From Myxococcota bacterium (GTDB lineage Bacteria; Myxococcota_A; UBA796; SXON01): DNA of 37,124 bases. Numbering within the stretch: the first letter of the stretch is position 1; each line of letters opens with the position of its first letter. A model generated the notes under the pieces. The model was not told the origin of the DNA. It did no database searches and was given only the letters and a program-made list of their open reading frames with translations. The position numbers were made by a program, and so were the translations under genes. Shown piece after piece: positions 1 through 11,251 of this stretch. The stretch lies in contig CAXNIN010000003.1 of assembly GCA_964202365.1 (NCBI GenBank), positions 1-37,124 of the forward strand, written 5' to 3'.

Positions 1-515
1 CCCGCGGCGCGCGCCGCGCCGCCGTCGGCGGGGCCGTCGCCCACGAGCACGCCGTCCGTGGCGCCGAGCGCGCGGAGCGCGGCGCGAACGGGCTCCGCGT
101 CGGGCTTGCGCACGGAGAGCGTGTCGCCGCCGATCACCACGGGGAAGAACCGCGCGAGCCCGAGCGCGTCGAGGATGCGGCGCGAGAACCCCTCGGGCTT
201 GTTGGTGACGACGGCCTGGGGCGCCTCCACCGCGGCGAGCACGTCGAAGATGCCGTCGTACACGCGGGTGCGCACCACGAGGCCGGCCTCGTACTCGGCG
301 AGGAACGTGGCGAGATCGGCGGGCGCCGGCGCGCCGCCGGCGGCAATCACGCAGTGGTCGACGAGCTTCTTCGCGCCGTCGCCGATGAAGCCGCGCACCA
401 CGGCCTCCCCGAGCGCGGGCCGGCCGGTGCGCACGAGCATGCGGTCGACCGCCGCCGCGATGTCCGCGGCGCTGTCGACGAGCGTGCCGTCGAGATCCCA
501 GAGCACCCCCCTCAC
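1..515 (-). CDS. gph: HAD-family hydrolase, phosphoglycolate phosphatase-like (3' end runs off the window)
   Basis: Not in the ORF track; translated by hand. GTG at 515 overlaps the upstream TGA (GTGA). Reads MRGVLWDLDGTLVDSAADIAAAVDRML...VVTNKPEGFSRRIL...GGDTLSVRKPD...VLVGDGPAD, which contains HAD motifs I-IV. Confidence 0.85.
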   Translation of the reverse strand, partial: MRGVLWDLDGTLVDSAADIAAAVDRMLVRTGRPALGEAVVRGFIGDGAKKLVDHCVIAAGGAPAPADLATFLAEYEAGLVVRTRVYDGIFDVLAAVEAPQAVVTNKPEGFSRRILDALGLARFFPVVIGGDTLSVRKPDAEPVRAALRALGATDGVLVGDGPADGGAARAA

Positions 516-1672
516 GGCGCACCCGACGGGGCGGCGTCGCCCGCCGTCGCGGTCTGGGGGGGCGTTGCGGGGGGGCTCTCCCCCCCGCCCCCAGGAACCA
601 CCGAGGCAAGCACCGGAACCGGACCTTCGGCCGGCGGGAACGGGGCGGGCAGACGCGGCGCGTCGAGCGCGGAGATGCGCGGGCCCTGTTCACGAGGAAG
701 CAGCACGGTAATCCCGAGGGCAGGCCAGTTGGTGTAGTCCCGCAGGTGAGCGACGTACCACGAGAGACGATCGTCGCGCACGGTGCGGCGGCCCATGCGC
801 GTGGCGTGGCGCATGCGCGTCTGATCGGCAGGCGCGCCCTCGGCGGGCGGCACCACCATGCTGATGTGCGTCACGACGATTGGCTTGTGCGCGCGTTCGG
901 CCCGCAGCGTGACGATGAGCGATCCGGCGGGGATGCGCGGCGCGGCGGCGACGGCCTCCGCGAGGTCGAGGTACGGGAGCGACCACTCGCCCACCGGCAG
1001 GAGGGCGTCCGGCATGCGAAAAATGGAGCGTCGGCCCCAACGTTTCCACGTGTCGAGCGTGACGGCCTTGCGGAGCACGCGCGCATGGCCCACCCGCGCC
1101 GTGATGTCTTCGAGGAGCCCGTTCGCGATGGCGTCGGGAATCCACTGCGATTCCATGAAGTGGCGGCGCGTACTGTAGCTTTGCGACCCCTTGTAGCGGA
1201 GCGCATCGCGAATCCCGGCACCGTGGAGGGGGTCCCCCGCGAGCGCGAGGCCGAGCACGTCCTCCACGAACGTGAGGCAGTCGAAGGCGTCGTAGCGGCT
1301 CGGAGGATCGGGGTCTCCCGGGTCGAATTCGCCGATGGCGTCGTTGAGGTACGGCAGGCCGAGGAAAGCGCGGCTCGCGGCCTCCACGCGCACGCCGATC
1401 GGCGCGGTCGCGACGGCGCGCACGGCGTCGAGCACGGTCGGCGGGACGGTCCACCGCTCGGGGCCGCGCTCGACCGCGGAGATGCTGGGGTTCGCCGGGA
1501 GGATCAGCCCGCCGGGCCCGAGCACCATGCCCGGAGGCAGGGCCGGGAGCGCGGGATCGGGGCCGCCGGGGAGGGCGCTGCCCGCACCCTCGTCGTCTTC
1601 GACGGACGTTGGCAAACCGGCGAGCCCGGCCTCCTCCGTCGCGAACACGAGCCCGATCAGCAACCAGAACAT
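512..1672 (-). CDS. Exported N-acetylmuramoyl-L-alanine amidase-like protein (DUF1460 / NlpC-P60-like)
   Basis: Motifs FLGLPYL, FDCLTFVEDVL (catalytic Cys), LRY..YSTRRHF..QW, VTH and MRHAT. Short signal peptide and Pro-rich termini. Confidence 0.75.
   Translation of the reverse strand: MFWLLIGLVFATEEAGLAGLPTSVEDDEGAGSALPGGPDPALPALPPGMVLGPGGLILPANPSISAVERGPERWTVPPTVLDAVRAVATAPIGVRVEAASRAFLGLPYLNDAIGEFDPGDPDPPSRYDAFDCLTFVEDVLGLALAGDPLHGAGIRDALRYKGSQSYSTRRHFMESQWIPDAIANGLLEDITARVGHARVLRKAVTLDTWKRWGRRSIFRMPDALLPVGEWSLPYLDLAEAVAAAPRIPAGSLIVTLRAERAHKPIVVTHISMVVPPAEGAPADQTRMRHATRMGRRTVRDDRLSWYVAHLRDYTNWPALGITVLLPREQGPRISALDAPRLPAPFPPAEGPVPVLASVVPGGGGESPPATPPQTATAGDAAPSGAP
554..594. repeat. GC-rich palindrome inside the 3' tail of the amidase CDS
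   Basis: GCGGGGGGG(567-575)-CTCT-CCCCCCCGC(580-588) is a perfect 9-bp stem, extended by CTGGGG(554-559)/CCCCAG(589-594). Confidence 0.6.
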
Positions 1673-1708
1673 TCGCCTGCACCTGCGCTGGCGGCCGGCG
1701 GGGGCCGC

Positions 1709-3151
1709 CTACACGCCGAGGCGCTGCTGATATCCCGCGATCTGCTCAAGCATCGTCTCGAGGGCCGACTCGTCGAGGCTCTCAAAGGCCGCGGAGAGCG
1801 CGCGCTCGATGAGGTCGCCCAGGGCGCGGTTCAAAAGTCGGCGGTGTTCGCCGGCCGGGCGCTTGCGGAGGTTCTTGATCACCGCGGCGGTCGGGAGGTG
1901 GCCGTTGTTGCCGAGCTCGACGTTCTTGAAGAGCGGGGCGAGCTGCACCGAGGTGCCCTCGACGAGGAGCTGGAGGCGCGCCTGGCCGGAGCCGCGCCCC
2001 TCGGCCGACTCGATCGCGGCGGAGATGGTCGCGAGCACCTCGTTGGTGACCTCGATCTTCCGGCGGATCTCGTCGTCGTGGAGCTTGGGGCCCGAGAAGT
2101 TGAGCGACACGGCGGTGCGCTCGGCGTCCTTGCCCTCGGCGTCCTCCATCTCGATGAGGGTCTCGGTGGAGGCGGCGAGCTCGCCCCGACGCGCGACCGG
2201 AGCGGCATCGGGTTCGGACTCGAGATCCACGCGGTCGAGGAGCGCGCGCTCGGTGACGAAGGCGCCGCCGTCCCGCGTGGTGTCGTAGTCCTGGAACGCC
2301 GCGAGATCGTCTTCTACGTCGGGCACGCCCCGAAAGAAGGAGCTGCGCGGCAGGCCCTCGACGGTGGGGGCGTCCGTGACCGGCTCGTCGCTCTCGACGT
2401 TGGGCTCAATGTCGGGCGGGGCGGGGTACTTCACCGTGTCTTCCACGTCGACGCTGACGGCCTTCGCGGGTGCGCGCGGCTGGGGCACCACCCCAACGAG
2501 CATTCCGCGGTTGAGCATGCGGTGTACGGTGTCGAGCGCTCGGCCGGGCTCAAGCCCGCTCCGCTCGACGAGATCCGAGAGGCGGGCGCGGCTCGCGCAA
2601 CACGCGAGGATGTGGTGATCCTGGTCGGTCTCGGGCTCCACCGCGCCGGGCGCGAGGATCATCGCCTGTTGTCCGCGCAACACGCGGATGCGCGCGTTCA
2701 CGGTGACGAGCTCTTCGATGAGCTCGCCCGAGTCGTGGCCGACCTGAATGTTGTCCGTGAACACGACCTCGAGGGGCTCGAAGGACTCGACGACTTCGGA
2801 GCAGAGGTACCCGAGGAGACACTCCCGGAAACGCTCCGCGAGCAGCTCGAGCACGGCGCCTTCCGGCAGGCGGTCGAACAGGGATTCGACGAGCGGAGCG
2901 CCATCCGCGACGCGGGCGCGCAGGTCCGCGAGCTCGGTCGCATCGAGGATTCCGCGGCCCGGCAGTCGCGCGAGCACGGCGGCGTCGTCGTCCTCGCTGT
3001 GCGCGGCGAGCACTTCGCCGAGCATCACGTACACCCGGAACCGGCCGCCAACCCCGGCTCGGCTCGAGAGGCAACCGGTGTGCCCCGCGTCGAGGGAGGC
3101 GATCAGGGCGTCGCGCGGGTCCGCAAAGAGCTCGCCTTTCCGGGACAGCAA
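1709..3151 (-). CDS. Hypothetical protein with a DUF4388/PATAN-like N-terminal region, acidic linker and helical C-terminal domain
   Basis: 480-aa ORF with GC3-biased codons. N-terminal HTGCLS...RVYVMLGEVLAAHS...LARL..RGILD resembles DUF4388. The start codon (TTG) is uncertain. Confidence 0.6.
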   Translation of the reverse strand: MLSRKGELFADPRDALIASLDAGHTGCLSSRAGVGGRFRVYVMLGEVLAAHSEDDDAAVLARLPGRGILDATELADLRARVADGAPLVESLFDRLPEGAVLELLAERFRECLLGYLCSEVVESFEPLEVVFTDNIQVGHDSGELIEELVTVNARIRVLRGQQAMILAPGAVEPETDQDHHILACCASRARLSDLVERSGLEPGRALDTVHRMLNRGMLVGVVPQPRAPAKAVSVDVEDTVKYPAPPDIEPNVESDEPVTDAPTVEGLPRSSFFRGVPDVEDDLAAFQDYDTTRDGGAFVTERALLDRVDLESEPDAAPVARRGELAASTETLIEMEDAEGKDAERTAVSLNFSGPKLHDDEIRRKIEVTNEVLATISAAIESAEGRGSGQARLQLLVEGTSVQLAPLFKNVELGNNGHLPTAAVIKNLRKRPAGEHRRLLNRALGDLIERALSAAFESLDESALETMLEQIAGYQQRLGV

Positions 3152-3270
3152 CCTGGGCCTCGCGCGACGACGCCCGACAGGGCGCGTACACCTCCATCCT
3201 ACAGACGCGCCGCCTACCGGTCAACCCCGCCCGTCCCCTCACGACGACGGGCGGCGCCGGCCCACGGTCG

Positions 3271-3867
3271 TCACGAGGCCGCGAGCAGCTCCGGGTCCTC
3301 GCCGAGCACGGAGAGCAGGCGGTCCCGCGCGCGGGAGAGGCGGCTCATCACGGTGCCCAGCTTGATCGAGAGCGCGCGGGCGATCTCCGCGTACGACATG
3401 TCCTCGTAGTATCGGAGGAGCAGGATCGTCCGATGGTCTTCGGTGAGCTGGCCGATCGCCTGGATGATCTCTTCCTGCCGCTCGCCGCCGAACACAACCT
3501 CGATGGGGTCGGCGTGGAGCTCCTCGCTCCGCGGAACAGCGGCGAGGATGCCGTCGCGACGGCGACGGTCCCGCACGAGGTTGAAGCAGAGGTTGCGGGT
3601 GACGCGGTACAGCCACGCCTGCATCTTGAAGTCGTCTTCGAAGAAGCGCGGCTCGCGCATCGCCTTGATGAAGACCTCCTGCACCACGTCGCGCGCCTCC
3701 TGCGCGTCCTTCAGGATGCAGTACGCGTGGACGTACAGCCGCTCCCCGTACTTGCGCACGAGCATGTCGACCGCCTGCTGACGGTCGTTCAACGAGGTCG
3801 CCTTGATGTCCTCGTCGACCCAGTCGCCGGTGGCGGTCAGGACATCGGAGGTTCGAGGGATGGTCAT
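3271..3867 (-). CDS. ECF-family RNA polymerase sigma-70 factor
   Basis: Region 2 EARDVVQEVFIKA...FKMQAWLYRVTRNLCFNLVR and region 4 LLLRYYEDMSYAEIARALSIKLGTVMSRLSRAR. ATG at 3867 is preceded by an AGGAGA RBS. Confidence 0.92.
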   Translation of the reverse strand: MTIPRTSDVLTATGDWVDEDIKATSLNDRQQAVDMLVRKYGERLYVHAYCILKDAQEARDVVQEVFIKAMREPRFFEDDFKMQAWLYRVTRNLCFNLVRDRRRRDGILAAVPRSEELHADPIEVVFGGERQEEIIQAIGQLTEDHRTILLLRYYEDMSYAEIARALSIKLGTVMSRLSRARDRLLSVLGEDPELLAAS

Positions 3868-3939
3868 GGGCTCTCCTGCGTGCGCCGCGTTGCCGCGCAC
3901 AATCGAGGTACGCGCCCGGCCCGCTGTCCTCGCACCCCC

Positions 3940-4281
3940 ATGACACAGCTTGACGAAAGCGCAGGGACGGCCCATCCTGGTCCGGCAGGCAGCACGGAGC
4001 AGAGCGTGGAAGCCAAAAGCGGCGCGAGCGTGGAGGTGGTCGAGGTCAAGGCGCTGGTCGAGGCCATCGTCAGAGCCTTGGTGGATCACCCCGAAGACGT
4101 GGTGGTCAACGAGATCGAAGGCACCCACAGCTGCGTGCTCGAGCTCTCGGTGGCGCCCGACGACGTTGGCAAGGTCATCGGAAAGAAGGGCATTCACGCC
4201 GACGCAATCCGCCGCATCGTGCACGCCGTCGGCGGCAAGACGAAGAAGCGCTACGTCCTCGAGATCCTCGAGAACCCGTAG
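3940..4281 (+). CDS. khpA: KH-domain RNA-binding protein KhpA
   Basis: VKALVEAIVRALVDHPEDVVV...LELSVAPDDVGKVIGKKG (GxxG loop)...AIRRIV...VLEILE. The start may be ATG 3940 or a GTG near 4030. Confidence 0.85.
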   Translation: MTQLDESAGTAHPGPAGSTEQSVEAKSGASVEVVEVKALVEAIVRALVDHPEDVVVNEIEGTHSCVLELSVAPDDVGKVIGKKGIHADAIRRIVHAVGGKTKKRYVLEILENP

Positions 4282-4284
4282 ACA

Positions 4285-4344
4285 CCGGCGCTGCCGGAGA
4301 CACAACGAGACATCGCCGACACATCCGCAACCGGACGCTGCGGA
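4285..4344. terminator. Possible hairpins between the convergent khpA and hutU genes
   Basis: CCGGC(4285-4289)/GCCGG(4293-4297) and TCCGCA(4324-4329)/TGCGGA(4339-4344). No U-tract. Confidence 0.3.
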
Positions 4345-4347
4345 CGA

Positions 4348-5996
<1,649 letters not shown>

Positions 5997-5997
<1 letters not shown>

Positions 5998-6218
5998 TAG
6001 CTCTCGTCCTCCTCTGGACCGCCGTCTTCGAAGGAGATGTTGCCGCGAACGCGGCCGTGGGAGACCATCTGGATCGCAGAGGTCTCCATGTTGTCTGCGC
6101 AGTCCTCGAGCGAGGAGAGGTAGGCGTCGACCTGGTCCTGGGTGAGAAGCCCCTCCTGGAGGAAGCGCTCACGCTTGCGGACGTCGAAGATGTCTTCGGG
6201 AAGCGTCGTCTGGGACAT
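5997..6218 (-). CDS. Small acidic hypothetical protein (73 aa)
   Basis: GAGGA RBS. Its stop overlaps the hutU start (TAGTG). Core [29 protein letters not shown] has a helical pattern. Confidence 0.7.
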
Positions 6219-6242
6219 CGGGAATCCTCGTGGGTGCGGAGG

Positions 6243-6545
6243 CTAGGCCTCGGGGGGGAGCTCGTCCGCGGCGGGGGGGAGCAGATCATCGACAGAGGGG
6301 GGGAGGTCCCCACCGCGGAGCTGCTTCTGCACGTTCTCGTTCTCGTCGAACCCGGTCATATCGGGCTGGACGTGGCCGGCGGCGATCTCGCGGAGAGCGG
6401 TGACGATCTCCTTGTTGGTGCGATCGTCGTCGAGCAGCGTGCGCGAGCCCTTCATGATCTGCTTGGTGCGCTCGGCGGTGACGAGGACCAGGGTGAAACG
6501 GTTCGGGACCTGCTCGAGGCAGTCCTCGACGGTGATGCGCGCCAT
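6243..6545 (-). CDS. rpoZ: RNA polymerase omega subunit
   Basis: MARITVEDCLEQVPNRFTLVLVTAERTKQI...NKEIVTALREIAAG, a GAGAGG RBS, and an acidic/Pro C-terminal tail. Confidence 0.95.
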   Translation of the reverse strand: MARITVEDCLEQVPNRFTLVLVTAERTKQIMKGSRTLLDDDRTNKEIVTALREIAAGHVQPDMTGFDENENVQKQLRGGDLPPSVDDLLPPAADELPPEA

Positions 6546-6580
6546 ACAAACCTCTCTCTGGGACCTCGCCGGCTATCGTC

Positions 6581-7189
6581 TCATGCCGCCCGGCGCAACA
6601 TCTCCATCCGCGTGTGCCCCGGGCGCCGGTAGAACGCGCGCAGCTCCGCGAGCAGGGCGGCGATGTCCCGGGCGCGCTCCAGCCGCGCGCAGTACCGGTC
6701 CGCCAACCGCCCGGCTTCGCGATACCGGGCCGCTTCGTCGGGCCCGAGGCCGGGTGCCGAGCCCGCGTCGTGAAACAGGCGCCTGCGAAGCGAGGGATCG
6801 GGGCCGACGTGGAGCCTGGCGGTGACGTACTTGTCGACCTCCGCCTGCGTTTCCAGCTCGAGCAGGGAGACGGTCTCGTCGCGCGCGGCCCGGCGCGCGA
6901 GGAGCAGGAAGTGGCTCACCCCCTCGGTGACCGCGGCCCAGGCCGGGAGCGCTTCGCGCACGGCGGCGGCCGGGGTGCGCCCGTCCACGTCGCGCACGTC
7001 GTCCTCGTGGAAATACACCGCGATGTCGACGTCTTCGTCGGTCTGCCGGACGAGGACCCACTCCCGCGCGGGGCGCGCCGCGTCGCCGAGCACCTCCCGC
7101 ACCGTCGCGGCGTCCACGAGGAAGTCATGGATGTCGGGCGCTTCGATTGCGTAGATCGCCTCGAGGTGGCGCTGGATGAGGCCGATCAT
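6581..7189 (-). CDS. Conserved-looking hypothetical protein with EGVSH...ELETQAEVDKY motif
   Basis: ATG 7189 overlaps the upstream TGA (ATGA). 202 aa with GC3-biased codons. Confidence 0.75.
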   Translation of the reverse strand: MIGLIQRHLEAIYAIEAPDIHDFLVDAATVREVLGDAARPAREWVLVRQTDEDVDIAVYFHEDDVRDVDGRTPAAAVREALPAWAAVTEGVSHFLLLARRAARDETVSLLELETQAEVDKYVTARLHVGPDPSLRRRLFHDAGSAPGLGPDEAARYREAGRLADRYCARLERARDIAALLAELRAFYRRPGHTRMEMLRRAA

Positions 7190-7785
7190 CCGGTGCCTAC
7201 CGCCCGCGTGGGCACCAGGCCGAGCACCCGGAGCCGCTCCGCGACGCGCGGCGAGCCGCTCGCGAGCCACTCCTCGTACAGCAGCACGATGTCGGTGTCC
7301 GAGCGCTCACGCGACTCGTCGCGCACCTCCGCGATCACCTCGACGCACGCGTCGTACCGCTCCGCGAGCTCGGCGTACACCCCAGCAAAGCCGCCGCCAC
7401 GAAGGTCGAGCAGGTGCTCCAGCGAACGATACGCCGACTCCCCCATCCGCGCGCAGTAGTCACGCGAAATCCGCCGCCGCTCGAGGTGCTCGCGGAAGTA
7501 GCCGGTCAACAGGAGCGAGCTGTCGCCGAGCTTCCGCCACCAGCCCACCGCCTCGGCGGCCAACGGGGCGGTCACCGCCCGATGCCGCAGCTCCACGAGC
7601 GTGGGGCTGTCTTCTCCGTCCGCCTCGCCGCGACGCGCTTGCTCGGTGAGCAGGCTCGAAAGGTAGAAGACCGCGTTCTCACTTACGGGTGCGCGCTGAT
7701 GCTGGACCGCGCTCTCGATGCGCTCGTGAAAGAAGTCGAAGAGGTTTCCTTCGGTCACCAGACCGCTAGGTTCCGTGCGTCGCAT
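7186..7785 (-). CDS. Conserved-looking all-helical hypothetical protein
   Basis: AGGAGG RBS. Motifs FFHERI, FYLSSLL, KLGDSSLLLTGYF, DYCARMGESAY, YAELAERY and LYEEWLASGS. Confidence 0.8.
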   Translation of the reverse strand: MRRTEPSGLVTEGNLFDFFHERIESAVQHQRAPVSENAVFYLSSLLTEQARRGEADGEDSPTLVELRHRAVTAPLAAEAVGWWRKLGDSSLLLTGYFREHLERRRISRDYCARMGESAYRSLEHLLDLRGGGFAGVYAELAERYDACVEVIAEVRDESRERSDTDIVLLYEEWLASGSPRVAERLRVLGLVPTRAVGTG

Positions 7786-7861
7786 GCATCCTCCTGGCGT
7801 TGAAGAAGAAAGCAGGCTTCCGCGGGCGCTCGCGGATGCGCTGAAAATTTCCCTCGGGCAG

Positions 7862-7890
7862 CTTGACCCCCGCCGGGGCCGTGCCTACCT
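7862..7890 (+). promoter_or_regulatory. Putative heat-shock (RpoH-like) promoter for groESL
   Basis: CTTG(7862-7865)-N18-CCTACCT(7884-7890) resembles CTTG-N17/18-CCTATNT and lies about 130 nt upstream of groES. Confidence 0.4.
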
Positions 7891-7988
7891 GACGGGCGCC
7901 CCGGGAAAGGTTCGCCGTGAGCCTGACCGGGAAACCAACCTCCATCCCCCACGGGGTCCTCCCTACGGATGAACCCCTGATGGCAAGC

Positions 7989-8020
7989 GTTCCTTCACTG
8001 GACGCGGTCTCGGAGTGAAC

Positions 8021-8026
<6 letters not shown>
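7989..8026 (+). promoter_or_regulatory. Hairpin overlapping the groES RBS and start codon (candidate RNA thermometer)
   Basis: TTCACT(7994-7999) pairs with AGTGAA(8014-8019), GAC/GTC forms an inner stem, and GTTC(7989-7992) pairs with GAAC(8023-8026). The SD GGAG is at 8012-8015. Confidence 0.4.
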
Positions 8027-9990
<1,964 letters not shown>

Positions 9991-10000
9991 ACGTGGGTCG

Positions 10001-10069
10001 CCCGGGCTTCGGCCCGGGCCACACGAGGCCCTCGTCTCCTTCGCGGGGGGCGAGGGCTTCGTTCGTTCT
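10001..10069 (+). terminator. Tandem hairpins / likely intrinsic terminator of groESL
   Basis: CCCGGGC-TTCG-GCCCGGG (10001-10018, cUUCGg loop), then GAGGCCCTCG...CGAGGGCTTC (10025-10060) followed by GTTCGTTCT. Confidence 0.7.
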
Positions 10070-10088
10070 GGGTGGGTGCTGGCCGGCC

Positions 10089-10640
10089 CTACCGCCCGGA
10101 CGCGGGCGCATCGGGCAGGTAGTAGCGGGCTCCGATGGCCACGTCGAAGAACGGCGTGGTCGACGGGAGCAGGCCGAGGCCCGGCGCGAACTCGAGGAAG
10201 CCCTCCAGCGGCAGCGCCGCGTGGATGAACGACATGCCGAGCGGGACGCGGACACCGAGCGCGACCACCTCGTCGGTGGACGTGTAGGGGGAGTCGCCGA
10301 AGCGCGCGCGCGGGCCGACGCCGATCCACACCGGGAACGTCATGTCGGCGATGTCGTCGGAGCGCAGGTCGGCGAGGGTGATCAGGATGTCGGCGTGCAG
10401 ATCGAGCGTGCCGCGGTCGAAGCTCCACGCGATCGCGGCGTCGTACCAGGCCCGCCCCGTCTCGCGCCGCGCGACGGAGATGCCGGTCGGGATGCCGAGG
10501 AGGATGCCCACACCCCAGCCGCGCGCGGGATGACCGAGCACGGGGTCGCCGGCCTGGAAGACGCGTTCGGAGTCCTGCAACACCACCGGCGGCGGACCGC
10601 CTTCCTGGGCAAACGCCCACCCCACCGTCAAGACGAACAC
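10089..10640 (-). CDS. Small outer-membrane beta-barrel protein (DUF3996-like)
   Basis: GTG 10640 lies just after the upstream stop. Signal MFVLTVGWAFA. WGVGILLGIPTGIS...LGVRVPLGMSF...FLEFAPGL...AIGARYYL shows alternating beta-strands and an aromatic terminal strand. Confidence 0.7.
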   Translation of the reverse strand: MFVLTVGWAFAQEGGPPPVVLQDSERVFQAGDPVLGHPARGWGVGILLGIPTGISVARRETGRAWYDAAIAWSFDRGTLDLHADILITLADLRSDDIADMTFPVWIGVGPRARFGDSPYTSTDEVVALGVRVPLGMSFIHAALPLEGFLEFAPGLGLLPSTTPFFDVAIGARYYLPDAPASGR

Positions 10641-10645
10641 CGGGA

Positions 10646-11251
10646 CTACTCCGCGGACCGCTCCAGCTCGTCGAGGATCTCTTCGCCCTGGTAGACCAGC
10701 GCGAGGCGACGCACGACGGGGCCCAGCTCCGCATGGGCGAGGTAGCCGCGCCAGCGCGCGTCGCCCACTACGTCGCGGAAGGAAAACCCGTGCCGGAGCG
10801 CTTCGAGGAGGTGGGTCTCGAATGCGACGGGGTCGGAGCGGCGCCCGGCGATGTCCGCCAGGCGAAAGTGCCCCGCCCACTGATCGGGCGCGAGGCGCAC
10901 GACCTCGCGGAAGTCCACCTCGGCGGCGTCGAGCGCGTCGTCCGTGAGGAGCACCTCTCCGCGGTCGTAGCGCGCGGCCACCAGAGCGGGGTCGAGCTTC
11001 ACGGCGTGGTCGAGGTAGCGGCGGGCGGCGCCGGCGTCCCCCGCGAGGCGGCTGGCGAGGCCCAGCTCGTAGGAGAGGCGCGCGTCCTCGCCGATCTGGC
11101 GCTCCCAGCGCCGGGCGAAGTCGGCCGCACCGCGCACGCCCTCCTCGCGGGAGAGGCGCGTCACGGTGTCGGCCGCGGCCGCCATGAGCGCGTCCCGGTA
11201 GTCGGGCGGCGGCATCTCCGCCCACGCCAGCCCGACGACGAGCGCGATCAT
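10646..11251 (-). CDS. Exported tetratricopeptide-repeat protein
   Basis: ATG 11251 overlaps the peptidase TGA (ATGA). Signal MIALVVGLAWA. TPR helices YELGLASRLAGD..AVKLDP..ARYDRGEVLL..VVRLAPDQWAGHFRLA. Confidence 0.8.
   Translation of the reverse strand: MIALVVGLAWAEMPPPDYRDALMAAAADTVTRLSREEGVRGAADFARRWERQIGEDARLSYELGLASRLAGDAGAARRYLDHAVKLDPALVAARYDRGEVLLTDDALDAAEVDFREVVRLAPDQWAGHFRLADIAGRRSDPVAFETHLLEALRHGFSFRDVVGDARWRGYLAHAELGPVVRRLALVYQGEEILDELERSAE

Noticed and set aside
746-3409. 887-aa plus-strand ORF, and similar long ORFs at 11839-14400, 18086-21523, 18495-21260, 24609-26660, 25150-28005 and 33020-34933
   Set aside because: These are antisense or off-frame shadows of well-supported genes, Arg/Ala/Pro-rich or mirror-like, as expected when stop codons are rare at high GC.
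4281-4322. GACA repeats at roughly 10-bp spacing
   Set aside because: Too short and degenerate, and located between convergent genes. Not CRISPR-like and not a convincing operator.
7891-7980. Possible tRNA, SRP RNA or hammerhead in the groES upstream region
   Set aside because: No cloverleaf or TTCGA T-loop, no SRP GGAAGGAAGCAGC core, and no CUGANGA core. Kept only as a structured leader.
7994-8019. CIRCE (HrcA operator) upstream of groES
   Set aside because: Only CACT/AGTG matches. The spacing between them is 14 nt rather than 11, and the TTAG/CTAA flanks are absent.
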